DNA of 24,000 nt from an uncultured Granulosicoccaceae bacterium (GCA_964411665.1 CAYPMR010000005.1:58627-82626), one strand, 5' to 3'. Positions 10,402 through 19,797 are shown, counted from the stretch's first letter. The notes: a model not told the origin generated them from the letters alone. Program-made: numbers and translations.

Positions 10402-11436
10402 TCAGCTTGCCACCGAGAGTGTCGACTGGCGCACAGTAAATAGTGCAGTAACTGTGCCTAGCAATGTCGACACAAACACGATCTTAAGCAGTGCGCTTGG
10501 CTCGGGCATGGGCAAAGCGAAGGATAGTGCATAACTGTGCGCCAGCGCCTGCAGCGGTACGTTAAGGACGTTTAATGCGATACAGGCAAGAATGCAGGCG
10601 CTCAATCCGGCCAGTCCACCCAGCAACCCCCCTAAATAGATGAACGGACGCTGGCGAAAACTGCGTTTACCGCCAAGTAAATGGATGACCGAGGATTCCC
10701 GGGTGTAGCGCAAGGCCTCCAGTCGCACTGTATTCGACAGTACCATCAAGCTGGCAAGGACCAGAACCGTCAGACACAGCCAACCGGCGGTCTGTACAAA
10801 ACGGCGAATGGCAGCTAGGCGCTCAACCCACTCAATATCGACTTCAACCGCGTTGACTCCGTTTGTTTCGCGCATAACGCCTGCCAGGCGTTGATGTTCC
10901 TCACTACCAGAGCGTCCGACATTGCCGGCAGGTTTGATCAGAACAGTCCCGGGCAGTGGATTGTGACCAAGCAGTTCTATCGTTTTGTTGATGTTGTCAG
11001 CATCCCCTGACTGGCGTAACTCGGCCAAAGCATCTGCTTTGCTAACGTAGTCCGCGTCCTGCACATCTGCTCGTTGCTCTATGCTTGTTGCCAGTCGCGC
11101 ACCTTCAATATCGGATAAATTTGTATCCAGATAAGCCACCAGACCCGGAGACGAGGTGCTGGCTGCAGTCACTCGCAACATGTCTGGCAACAGCAGGAAC
11201 AGTAATACAGGCAGGGTTAATGACAGTGACATAACGCCAAGTGTTGTCAGGCTGGCCAACTTGCGGTGCACCAGACGTCTTAAGGTTGAACGCAGTGCAT
11301 ATCCTCGGGTTGTGAACCAAAACGCGTGACGAGTGGTTGCAGTGCTCATTCCACTACCTGACTCGTTTTCGCCATAGACATGAGCAGAGGCATGGCTCGC
11401 AGTCCGGTTAGCCACTTTGGATTTAAACAGGCGCAT
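10402..11436 (-). CDS. ftsX: Cell division ABC transporter permease-like protein FtsX
   Basis: 344 aa. It has the FtsX architecture: a basic N-terminal tail, TM1, a periplasmic domain (ENPLP-like HNPLPGTVLIKP), then three C-terminal TMs with LLGGKRSFRQRPFIYLG. It begins 4 nt after the ftsE stop. Confidence 0.9.
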   Translation of the reverse strand: MRLFKSKVANRTASHASAHVYGENESGSGMSTATTRHAFWFTTRGYALRSTLRRLVHRKLASLTTLGVMSLSLTLPVLLFLLLPDMLRVTAASTSSPGLVAYLDTNLSDIEGARLATSIEQRADVQDADYVSKADALAELRQSGDADNINKTIELLGHNPLPGTVLIKPAGNVGRSGSEEHQRLAGVMRETNGVNAVEVDIEWVERLAAIRRFVQTAGWLCLTVLVLASLMVLSNTVRLEALRYTRESSVIHLLGGKRSFRQRPFIYLGGLLGGLAGLSACILACIALNVLNVPLQALAHSYALSFALPMPEPSALLKIVFVSTLLGTVTALFTVRQSTLSVAS

Positions 11437-11440
11437 GATG

Positions 11441-12196
11441 TCAGGCCGGATGCCTCGATCGTTGCCGGCGGTGCTGTACCGGCTGCTTTACTTGCAGCGG
11501 ATGAGGCGTCTGCCGAATAGGGTCATTGCCGTCCATGCTGAGGTGACCATCGGATAGTGTCAGGCGGTTGTGATGGCTGGTTTCAAGCAGAGAGATGTCG
11601 TGTGTGGCGATCAGAACCGTCACGCCTGCTGAATTGAAACGCCGAAATAGCCGAATGATATCGAGACTCATTTGCGGGTCCAGATTGCCGGTCGGCTCGT
11701 CGGCGATCAGTACTCGTGGACGATTGACCACAGCACGTGCAATTCCAATTCGTTGCTGTTCGCCACCGGAGAGCGTGTCTGGTCGGACATCGGCCTTGTG
11801 TGACAGGGATACGCGCTCAAGTGCTGCAGAGACTCGATCTACTATCTCACGTTTGCTTCGTCTGCTGATGATAAGTGGCAAGGCCACATTGTCGAATACG
11901 CTGCGATCCGGCAACAACTGATTATCCTGAAAAACAATCCCCATGGACTCTCTGACACCGGTTAGCTGCGTGTCATTTAGTGCCTGTAAGGCCTGATCTT
12001 CAACAATGATGTCGCCCGAGCTTGGACGATCAAGACCTGCCAGCAAACGCAGTAGAGTGCTTTTACCAGCGCCGGAATGACCCGTAATGAAGTTAAAAGT
12101 CCCGCGTTGCAGGAAAAAGCTGACCTTGGAAAGGGCAGCGCTGCCAGGATCTTGCTCGTTTGAGTAATTTTTGCTGACATTGTCAAAACAGATCAT
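11441..12196 (-). CDS. ftsE: Cell division ATP-binding protein FtsE
   Basis: Walker A GHSGAGKST, ABC signature LSGGEQQR, Walker B VLIADEPTGNLD. A Pro/Gln/Arg-rich C-terminal tail of about 30 aa extends beyond the usual FtsE length. Confidence 0.93.
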   Translation of the reverse strand: MICFDNVSKNYSNEQDPGSAALSKVSFFLQRGTFNFITGHSGAGKSTLLRLLAGLDRPSSGDIIVEDQALQALNDTQLTGVRESMGIVFQDNQLLPDRSVFDNVALPLIISRRSKREIVDRVSAALERVSLSHKADVRPDTLSGGEQQRIGIARAVVNRPRVLIADEPTGNLDPQMSLDIIRLFRRFNSAGVTVLIATHDISLLETSHHNRLTLSDGHLSMDGNDPIRQTPHPLQVKQPVQHRRQRSRHPA

Positions 12197-12211
12197 GGCA
12201 CGACCCGATAG

Positions 12212-13222
12212 CTAGCTGGCAAGTAATGCGTCAACAAATTCTTCAGCCTGGAATACACGTAAATCTCCGACTTTCTCGCCCACGCCTATAAAGCGTAATG
12301 GGATACCCAATTGCTGTGCTATCGCAAACACTATCCCACCTTTGGCCGTACCATCAAGTTTGGTTACCACCATGCCCGTTAACTGCATGGCCTGATGGAA
12401 AGACTGGGCCTGATTAAGCGCGTTTTGCCCGGTTCCGCCGTCAAGTACAATCAGGGTCTCGTTAGGTGTCGAGGGATCGAGCTTGGCAAGCACGCGCTTG
12501 ACCTTTTTAAGCTCATCCATCAATCCATCCTGTGTATGCAGGCGTCCGGCGGTATCGGCAATCAAAACATCAATATTGCGCGCTTTAGCTGATTGTAGTG
12601 CATCGAAAATGACCGAAGCTGAATCCGCTCCACTGGCCTGGGCGACCACGGGCACATCATTGCGTTCACCCCAGGTTTGTAACTGCTCGACAGCCGCTGC
12701 CCGGAAGGTGTCACCGGCTGCCAGCATGACACTCTGGCCACCATCTGTTAGCTGTTTGGCAAGCTTGCCGATAGTTGTGGTTTTACCGGATCCGTTGACG
12801 CCAACCACCAGAATTACAAACGGGCTGGAACTGTCGGGGATCTCCAGTGGTTGCTCCACGTTTTTCAGAATGTCCGTTAATTCAGATTTCATGGCCTGGT
12901 GCAAAGCCTCTGGGTCGCTACCATCTGCGCGCGAGAGTCGCGTTTTAATCGCTGTTATGACGCGCTCGGTAACCGCGACCCCGAGATCTGCCGTGATAAG
13001 CTGGTTCTCAAGCTCCTCAAGCAAATCGTCATCTATTTTGCCTGAGCCGCGAATGAAGCCCAGCAGACTGTCTTTAAAGCGGCCGCGCGTGCGTGTCAGC
13101 TTGCTATCGAGATTTTCTTCGACATCGGCATTGTTCTCACGCGCTTCGTCATCGGTCTTTTTCTTTTTTAAAAAACTGAATAGTCCCATTGAAGATATGT
13201 TGTCCGGCAAGGGTGACCGCAT
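12212..13222 (-). CDS. ftsY: Signal recognition particle receptor FtsY
   Basis: SRP-GTPase NG domain: GVNGSGKTTTIGKLA, DTAGR, TKLDGTAKGG. The short acidic A-domain is preceded by MGLFSFLKKKK. The true start may be that internal ATG, giving a CDS of 12212..13189. Confidence 0.93.
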   Translation of the reverse strand: MRSPLPDNISSMGLFSFLKKKKTDDEARENNADVEENLDSKLTRTRGRFKDSLLGFIRGSGKIDDDLLEELENQLITADLGVAVTERVITAIKTRLSRADGSDPEALHQAMKSELTDILKNVEQPLEIPDSSSPFVILVVGVNGSGKTTTIGKLAKQLTDGGQSVMLAAGDTFRAAAVEQLQTWGERNDVPVVAQASGADSASVIFDALQSAKARNIDVLIADTAGRLHTQDGLMDELKKVKRVLAKLDPSTPNETLIVLDGGTGQNALNQAQSFHQAMQLTGMVVTKLDGTAKGGIVFAIAQQLGIPLRFIGVGEKVGDLRVFQAEEFVDALLAS

Positions 13223-13406
13223 GTATAGCTACGGTTTATAAAACAGTGTTGATAGCAGGGTTAATAATAGCAACTAGGAGGCTGCGTGGCAGAACCTCGC
13301 CCATTGCCAAAGCGACTTCCACCGTACAGCCTGCCGAAGTCGGCAAAAAGACAGTCTGGTGTATGGATTGTGCAACCGGCACTGATTGGCCAGGGATATC
13401 TGTCGC

Positions 13407-14132
13407 GTGAGCAAACGCAAATCTGCCAGGTCGTCAGACACTGGACGCTCAAGCGCCGCTCGTCAGCGCGTACGCATAGTCGGTGGTCATTGGCGAGGAC
13501 GATTGATTAATTTCCCTGATCGACCCGGGTTGCGGCCCACCGCTGATCGCACACGGGAGACGCTTTTCAATTGGCTGCAACCGATGATCCGTGGCGCTTC
13601 GTGCCTGGATCTGTTTGCCGGCAGCGGGGTGCTGGGATTCGAAGCAGCATCGCGAGGCGCAGCGCAAGTGCATCTGTTCGAGAACGATCCGGCCGCTGTA
13701 GAGAACCTCGAACAACAACTGATACGGCTGACACCCTCTACGAATCAGGGTTTAGCAGACACGGCAGTTGATTCCTCACCTGTATCAGCGATAAGCGTAC
13801 ATAAGGCTGACGCATTACAATTGCTGGACAAGGGCCCGGGGCCGGATGTGCCGAGCGCTGATATTGTCTTTGTGGACCCGCCATTCGATGCGAGATTGCA
13901 AACGACGGTATTGCTTGCATTGCAAAGCAAGGGTTGGCTGAAAAACGGTGCGTGTGTTTATCTGGAAGCCCGTGAGGTGAAGCTTGCTGATTTATTGCCA
14001 ACGGCGTCACTGGAATGGATAAACGGGCGCTGGCACATACTGCGGGAAAAGCGTGCTGGCGGGGTGACTTATGGACTTGCGACGCTTGAGTGCCGCGACC
14101 ATGATGGACATGCTACAGTGGGCATTAGATAA
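13407..14132 (+). CDS. rsmD: 16S rRNA (guanine966-N2)-methyltransferase RsmD
   Basis: VRIVGGHWRGRLINFPDRPGLRPTADRTRETLFNWL, DLFAGSGVLGFEAASRGA and VFVDPPF align with E. coli RsmD. It is divergent from ftsY, as in E. coli. Start ambiguous: I prefer GTG 13407 (AGGGA about 10 nt upstream) over TTG 13386. Confidence 0.88.
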   Translation: MSKRKSARSSDTGRSSAARQRVRIVGGHWRGRLINFPDRPGLRPTADRTRETLFNWLQPMIRGASCLDLFAGSGVLGFEAASRGAAQVHLFENDPAAVENLEQQLIRLTPSTNQGLADTAVDSSPVSAISVHKADALQLLDKGPGPDVPSADIVFVDPPFDARLQTTVLLALQSKGWLKNGACVYLEAREVKLADLLPTASLEWINGRWHILREKRAGGVTYGLATLECRDHDGHATVGIR

Positions 14133-14162
14133 ACATTCAGGCCCTGTGCTTGCTAACAAACC

Positions 14163-14651
14163 ATGCATGTAAGAGCTATATATCCCGGAACCTTCGATCC
14201 GTTGACTAACGGTCATCATGACGTTGCCAAACGCGCTTGTGTGATGTTCGATGAACTGGTTATCGGTGTCGCTGCAAGTACCAACAAACAACCGTATTTC
14301 GATCTTGATGAACGCGTCGAGCTGGTAAAAGAGGTGATGGTCGGTCAGCCTAATGTAACTGTTCGTTCGTTCGATGGTCTGCTGGTTGAATTTGCCCGTG
14401 AAGTAGAATCCAAAGTAATTATTCGTGGTCTCAGAGCGATATCCGATTTTGAATTCGAGGTGCAAATCGCTGGTGTCAATCGTCATCTGGACTCAAATAT
14501 AGAAACTGTATTCATTGCAGCATCTCAGGACTTTACTTTTCTATCGTCAAGCATCGTTCGCGAAATCTCCAAGCTCGATGGTGATGTCAGTAGCTTTGTA
14601 CATCCGATAGTGCTCGATGCTCTGGCACGTAAGAAATCCGCAGCCGTTTAA
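14163..14651 (+). CDS. coaD: Phosphopantetheine adenylyltransferase
   Basis: 162 aa. The N-terminus AIYPGTFDPLTNGHHDV (HxGH nucleotidyltransferase motif), RGLRAISDFEFE and SSSIVREI are typical CoaD blocks. Confidence 0.96.
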   Translation: MHVRAIYPGTFDPLTNGHHDVAKRACVMFDELVIGVAASTNKQPYFDLDERVELVKEVMVGQPNVTVRSFDGLLVEFAREVESKVIIRGLRAISDFEFEVQIAGVNRHLDSNIETVFIAASQDFTFLSSSIVREISKLDGDVSSFVHPIVLDALARKKSAAV

Positions 14652-14656
14652 TTGTC

Positions 14657-14692
14657 ACTGTGATCGCCACTGTGATCGCCACTGCGACCACC
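14657..14692. repeat. Three tandem copies of a 12-bp unit (CACTGTGATCGC, CACTGTGATCGC, CACTGCGACCAC)
   Basis: Read directly, immediately after the coaD stop and about 40 nt upstream of the ferredoxin gene. Confidence 0.8.
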
Positions 14693-14701
14693 ACAGCGTG
14701 A

Positions 14702-15022
<321 letters not shown>

Positions 15023-15066
15023 TGTAAAAAAGGTTTTTATAACAAAGGTTTTATAAAAAAGCATGT

Positions 15067-15091
15067 GCAAAAACCTTCGGTTGATTTTTGC
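15067..15091. terminator. Weak A/T-rich hairpin between convergent genes, a possible terminator
   Basis: GCAAAAACC-ttcg-GttGATTTTTGC is an imperfect stem flanked by A and T runs. It lies between the ferredoxin stop (15022) and the HAD stop (15112). Confidence 0.3.
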
Positions 15092-15111
15092 GACCCATTT
15101 TCAATAAATTG

Positions 15112-15855
15112 TCAGTGTGTCTGACCAGTCTGCGATTTCCCTAGCGCTGCCATGTGCGCCTCTACCAACTCTGTCATCGAATTGAATTGAAATTCAACCG
15201 ATGGCTGTTCGCCCGGATTCATCGTTGCACCATAACCGCTTTGTTGATGACGGCGGTAAATCCAGCAACGCGACAATGATTTTTTCCCGGCCGGTACATG
15301 ATCATGAAACATGCTCTCTGCGGTATGCAATACCTCATTGGTGTTGATTTGCATGGCATCAAGTTGTTCCAGCATATAGTCGAAATTTCGCTCGTCCGGC
15401 TTATAAGAGCCGACATCTTCGGCAGTAATAATGGCATCGAAAGTGATTTGCAGTTTTTCGTTGCTGGCTGCAAAGCTTGTGTTGTCTACGTTTGACAAAA
15501 CAATCAGCTTGAAATGGTTTTTAAGATACTTTAGAGCAGCACTTGAGTCGTCAAATGCCGGCCAGTTTTTAACCGACTCTCCATAGGTTTTACATTCCGT
15601 GGCAGATACAGAAATTCCCCATTCTTCAGCGATTCGTTTGTAAACCGTTGCGAGTATCTCGGGATATTTTTTCTGTGGTGTCCAACGTTGTTGCGTGGAC
15701 TCGTGGCGAGCATGGGTTTGCAAAACTTTATCGCGTGACAACTCGGATTTTAGCTGGTCGGTCAGCGGTTTGAGTCCTGCAATCATACCTGACTCCCAAT
15801 CAATCAAGGTGCCGTAGCAATCAAATGTCAGGGTGTTGAAATCAGTGAGTTTCAT
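15112..15855 (-). CDS. HAD-superfamily hydrolase, type II haloacid dehalogenase-like
   Basis: Starting from ATG 15855, the N-terminus MKLTDFNTLTFDCYGTLIDW is the FDxYGTL motif I of type II haloacid dehalogenases. VLSNVD (motif II region) and GSYKPDERNF (motif III Lys) are also present. The upstream TTG at 15888 is less likely to be the start. Confidence 0.8.
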   Translation of the reverse strand: MKLTDFNTLTFDCYGTLIDWESGMIAGLKPLTDQLKSELSRDKVLQTHARHESTQQRWTPQKKYPEILATVYKRIAEEWGISVSATECKTYGESVKNWPAFDDSSAALKYLKNHFKLIVLSNVDNTSFAASNEKLQITFDAIITAEDVGSYKPDERNFDYMLEQLDAMQINTNEVLHTAESMFHDHVPAGKKSLSRCWIYRRHQQSGYGATMNPGEQPSVEFQFNSMTELVEAHMAALGKSQTGQTH

Positions 15856-16033
15856 CGTCGCTTCAATGAACGGATACCAGTATGACAAATATTATATGCC
15901 TTGATGCAGGTGTCTGGCTTGAAAAATTGTTAAGCGTTTTAAAAAAGACCAAACCAGCAAGATGACACTGGTTACGACTTTATAAGCCCTTTTTAAGCCA
16001 AAGCGAACTAAAACGAATCAAAGCGATAAGACT

Positions 16034-16666
16034 TTAGGAGGGTGTTTCGTTCTTCTTCAATATGTTGGCAACCATATGCGCAATGTCATCTATACCCTGT
16101 GATACGGATGTGAAGAATACGTGCTTCTTTTTGCTAAGGCCATTACGAATAATTCGAAAAGGGATACTTCGTATCAATTGTCGACCATTACCTGATATCA
16201 ACAGGATTTGTCCGGCCATTTGTGCACCACCCAGAGGCCCACGCAGTAGTCTGTCAAATACAAGCTCAACGCGTACCGTGGGCTCAGACTCTCGCGGCCA
16301 GGGTTTGGGTAGTACGGTTGCACCTGTGTGGTTACGCAAACGATCGATCAGTAATCGTGTGATGGCATCCTCGGGTTTTTCTGCCCATTTATGGTTTTTA
16401 TCCAATGATATTGTCCCGTTGGACTTAATGCTGGCAATGCGCGTATCGCTGACATAACCGGGCAACTGCACTTGGCTGACGCCCAACACCGAGATAGACG
16501 AAGAGCTGCGTTGCTCGATGTATTGCGGCAAGGTATCGAGTATGTACAGTTTTGGAGGAGGGCCACTTCGACATGCGCCCAATAACGCAATGACCAACAG
16601 CATCAAAAACGTACGAACGGTTTTTTGTGGTAGTTGCAACAGCACTGACAGGTACAATTTATTCAT
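16034..16666 (-). CDS. pqiC: PqiC/YmbA-like lipoprotein (ABC-type transport auxiliary component) of the pqi system
   Basis: Signal peptide with lipobox LLGAC, about 190 aa mature. It starts 3 nt after the pqiB stop, giving the canonical pqiA-pqiB-pqiC order. Confidence 0.75.
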   Translation of the reverse strand: MNKLYLSVLLQLPQKTVRTFLMLLVIALLGACRSGPPPKLYILDTLPQYIEQRSSSSISVLGVSQVQLPGYVSDTRIASIKSNGTISLDKNHKWAEKPEDAITRLLIDRLRNHTGATVLPKPWPRESEPTVRVELVFDRLLRGPLGGAQMAGQILLISGNGRQLIRSIPFRIIRNGLSKKKHVFFTSVSQGIDDIAHMVANILKKNETPS

Positions 16667-16669
16667 TGA

Positions 16670-18325
16670 TCAGTGCCCGGTGATGATGGCATTTGGATTA
16701 TCTTCGAGCACTCGTGCAAACGCTGCGATCGATCTGGCAGCATCACCGAGTTCTCGCAATGCTTCAGAGAGCTCGATATAAACCTCTGAATCGGGTGACA
16801 GGCCTTGCATAACATCGTTGGCGCTGTCAGAGGCCAATGTTAGTGATTTGACCATATCCGGCAAACTGCTTGTTGCATTTGACAACGACTGCATCGAGGT
16901 TGCAAGTTGCGCCGGTAATGTTGCGATATCCGGGCTAGCCAACAATTGTCTCGCTTCCTGTAATACCTGCGTCGCTGAAACGACCAGAGAATCAAGGGGC
17001 AACTCAGACAGATTCTTGATCAAGGTTTCTGCATCGGCTGCAATGGCAGCAATGTTTGAAGGTATAACCGGTACTGCAGGGTAAGGCCTGGAGGATATGT
17101 CAATGGACTCTTTGCCAAGTTCTGGTTTATTGACAAGCTTGACAATTAACGAGCCCGTCAGCAGGTTGCCTTTAGTCAGCTGCGCGCGCAGACCACTTTC
17201 TACAAACCCATTGACAGTCGCCAGCCAACCTTGCCGTGAAATATCGTCCAGGCCCAGACGTTTTGGCTGAAACTGCAGCACCACTGTAGCAACACTGGAC
17301 TCGTTAGCAGATTGTGGTAGCTGGACAGATATATTCGATACCTTGCCTACCGTGATGCCGTTGTATTCTATAGGTGCACCTTGGCTTAGTCCTTTTACTG
17401 AACCATTAAACCGGGCAATCAAGCGAAAGTCTTCATCGTCTTCGCCGTCGAACAGACTCTCATCTGCGTCTGATCTGGAATCAAATAATTTGTATTGTCT
17501 GCCTGTTTCAGTAACCGGCTCTGCGTTGCTGGCCTGGGGTGTATTCTCAAACGCAACACCGCCGCTCAGGAGAGCTACAACCGATTCAACACGAACAGTA
17601 GCCCCACCTGCATCAATCTTTGCTTCGATACCTGAGACACCGAAAAACCGTGTTTCAGGATAGACATGCAAGTGATAAGGAGCTTCAATAAATATGTCGA
17701 AGAGAACGTGCGATGCATCTTCGCTGAGTCTGCGACGTTCTACGCGGCCGGCTTCTATTTGACGTAGAAAAACCGGAGAACCAACATTGACGTAGCCAGA
17801 TTCCTCCGCACTGAGCGTAAGGCGTAAACCCGGTGTACCGCGTTCAGTCAGCGGTGCTTCATCCAGGCCGGTAAATTTATCCTGACGATCACCCTGAGAA
17901 TCATCCCAATCAACCTCAATATAGGAACCTGACAGTAAGGTATTAAGGCCGGAAATCTCGGTGGCATTGACACGTGCTTTGACTATCCAGAAGCGTGCGT
18001 CATCATCGAGGTAGGGAGCCACTAAAGGATCCATTCGAACGCCTACCACGACAGATTTAAGGTCGTCTGACAGGCGCACAGTTTCCACCTGCCCTACGTC
18101 AACATCATTGTTACGCACGCGAGTCTGACCGGCTTCAACCCCGCCTGCTGTGTCGAACTGGATTTCTATCAAAGGACCAAGCTCAGCATACGAGCGCCAT
18201 AACACCCATGCAGCAAACACCAATGCAGCAAGGGGTAATAGCCAGGCGAGTGACCCTTTCGCAGATAGCGTGACAGCGCGATCCACATTGGAAGTTGCCG
18301 GTCTCTTGACTGAACTATTCGCCAT
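16670..18325 (-). CDS. pqiB: Intermembrane transport protein PqiB (multi-MCE domain protein)
   Basis: About 551 aa. N-terminal TM (LAWLLPLAALVFAAWVLW) followed by repeated MCE-type segments (VRNNDVDVGQVETVRL, LRQIEAGRVERRRL, IEYNGITVGKVSNISV) and a C-terminal helical region. ATG 18325 overlaps the pqiA stop within ATGGCGAATAG, consistent with translational coupling. The listed ORF extends to 18364. Confidence 0.88.
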   Translation of the reverse strand: MANSSVKRPATSNVDRAVTLSAKGSLAWLLPLAALVFAAWVLWRSYAELGPLIEIQFDTAGGVEAGQTRVRNNDVDVGQVETVRLSDDLKSVVVGVRMDPLVAPYLDDDARFWIVKARVNATEISGLNTLLSGSYIEVDWDDSQGDRQDKFTGLDEAPLTERGTPGLRLTLSAEESGYVNVGSPVFLRQIEAGRVERRRLSEDASHVLFDIFIEAPYHLHVYPETRFFGVSGIEAKIDAGGATVRVESVVALLSGGVAFENTPQASNAEPVTETGRQYKLFDSRSDADESLFDGEDDEDFRLIARFNGSVKGLSQGAPIEYNGITVGKVSNISVQLPQSANESSVATVVLQFQPKRLGLDDISRQGWLATVNGFVESGLRAQLTKGNLLTGSLIVKLVNKPELGKESIDISSRPYPAVPVIPSNIAAIAADAETLIKNLSELPLDSLVVSATQVLQEARQLLASPDIATLPAQLATSMQSLSNATSSLPDMVKSLTLASDSANDVMQGLSPDSEVYIELSEALRELGDAARSIAAFARVLEDNPNAIITGH

Positions 18326-18965
18326 GTTGCTCTTGTTCTTTGTCCCAAAGTAACCGCGGGTCAAGCGCGCTGGCTGACAGCATGGTGAACACCACGGATA
18401 CCGCGAAGCAATTGATGCCTGTTCCCGGAAGGATGGTCAATATGGCGCCGAGCTGGATCAAAGCTGCCAGGACGGCGACGACAAACACATCAATCATGGA
18501 CCATCGCCCTATAAACTCGGTTATAGCGTGGAGCTTATGGCGCGTGTGATCGGACAGGTTCGCATCAAAATGCAGACTTAGTGCCAGACCGGCGATTATG
18601 ATGAATTTAGCGATGGGGATTAATACACTAGCCATAAAGATAACGGCGGCCACGCCATAACTTCCGTGGCGAATCAGTTCGAAAACACCACTCATGATGG
18701 TATCGGACGTATCCCCCGCGATTGATCGGGTCATTAAAATCGGTAGTGTATTGGCAGGTATGTAAGCCAGTATTCCTACGAGCAGGAGTACCCAGACACG
18801 TTCAATACTGTTATGACGGCGAGACAATACTGTTGCACCACATCGGGGACAGAAGTGTGCTTCGTCGAGTTGCAGCACAATACCGCAAGCATTGCAGGCT
18901 TTCAGGCCGGCTTCCCGCGCGGTCAGGCTTTGCGATTCAAGAGTATCCAAACCGTGTCTCGGCAA
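18315..18965 (-). CDS. pqiA: Paraquat-inducible protein A family protein, C-terminal-half equivalent
   Basis: CNACG-N12-CPRCG zinc-ribbon-like motif followed by four TM helices, which is the PqiA repeat unit. Only TTG starts are available (18965 or 18950), and both overlap the preceding ORF. Confidence 0.75.
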   Translation of the reverse strand: MPRHGLDTLESQSLTAREAGLKACNACGIVLQLDEAHFCPRCGATVLSRRHNSIERVWVLLLVGILAYIPANTLPILMTRSIAGDTSDTIMSGVFELIRHGSYGVAAVIFMASVLIPIAKFIIIAGLALSLHFDANLSDHTRHKLHAITEFIGRWSMIDVFVVAVLAALIQLGAILTILPGTGINCFAVSVVFTMLSASALDPRLLWDKEQEQHGE

Positions 18966-19609
18966 AGCAGTATATTGATGATCATCGACAGTGCTACCAA
19001 TGTCAGTAGCGACCAGAAAGCCAACTCGATCTGCAAATAAGCCAGTGCACTTATTTTCACCAGGGACACCACAATGCCCAACATGAAAATATCAGCCATG
19101 GCCCAGGGCTCGATAAGAACAGCCCAGCGAAAAGCCGTACGCGTGTACTGCCCTGTCTTGCGATTGAAACGCAGACGCCACAACACCCAGCCCAGTAGCA
19201 CGAAGCGGGTCAGTGGTAACAGTACGATCAATGCCAGAGTTAATATTCCGAGCATCGGCATACTGCCCGACCAGAGAGCGCCAACAGCAGTTAGCACGGT
19301 TATGTTGCTCTCGAACCCTGAGCGCGACAGGGATATAAGTGGCAGGCTGAGACTAACCAGTAATAAGATGATGCCGGCAATTACGACCGGTAAGGTGCGA
19401 TTAACCGTGTTGGGTTTACGTGTCTGAACAATATCGCCACAGCGAGCACATCGCGCCAACTGGCCTGAAGCAAGTTGTTGTCGATGGTGCAACAGATCGC
19501 AGCCCCGGCACGCGATTAAATGATCAAAGGATGTCGAGTGCTTGGGCTGTTCGGGTAGGTCAACAGCAGATGTCATGATCGGTTGGTGAAATTTGTCTAG
19601 CAAATCCAT
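18923..19609 (-). CDS. pqiA: Paraquat-inducible protein A family protein, N-terminal-half equivalent
   Basis: CRGCD-N17-CARCGD motif followed by four TM helices. The two halves together (228 + 216 aa) are about the length of the single 417-aa E. coli PqiA. Confidence 0.8.
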   Translation of the reverse strand: MDLLDKFHQPIMTSAVDLPEQPKHSTSFDHLIACRGCDLLHHRQQLASGQLARCARCGDIVQTRKPNTVNRTLPVVIAGIILLLVSLSLPLISLSRSGFESNITVLTAVGALWSGSMPMLGILTLALIVLLPLTRFVLLGWVLWRLRFNRKTGQYTRTAFRWAVLIEPWAMADIFMLGIVVSLVKISALAYLQIELAFWSLLTLVALSMIINILLCRDTVWILLNRKA

Positions 19610-19797
19610 TTGTCAGCTGAACAATATGTCTACCACAGACCGTACCATCTATGGCCTGGACCTATTTCTGGCGGGAAGGGTGCCGTCAGGCTGGGCAGTC
19701 CTCTGTTTATGTTAATTATTAGATGTTTATGGGATAATATTCCCAAATAATATAATTTTGATGTACACTTGACCCATAACAACCCTGGATATGAGTC

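Noticed and set aside
12483-13241. 252-aa ORF on the plus strand covering most of ftsY
   Set aside because: It is antisense to a strongly conserved SRP-GTPase gene. Its product is Ser/Ala/Arg/Pro-rich low-complexity sequence typical of shadow ORFs, and it has no recognisable motif.
15891-15896. Perfect TATAAT (minus strand) upstream of the HAD hydrolase gene as a called promoter
   Set aside because: There is no acceptable -35 or extended -10 at the right spacing. I mention it only as context and did not list it as a feature.
18923-18965. Calling pqiA a pseudogene
   Set aside because: Both halves are intact, each with complete Cys motifs and four TMs. Two-gene pqiA arrangements are plausible. 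Without reads or orthologues, a frameshift cannot be distinguished from a natural split, so I annotated two CDS and flagged the question.
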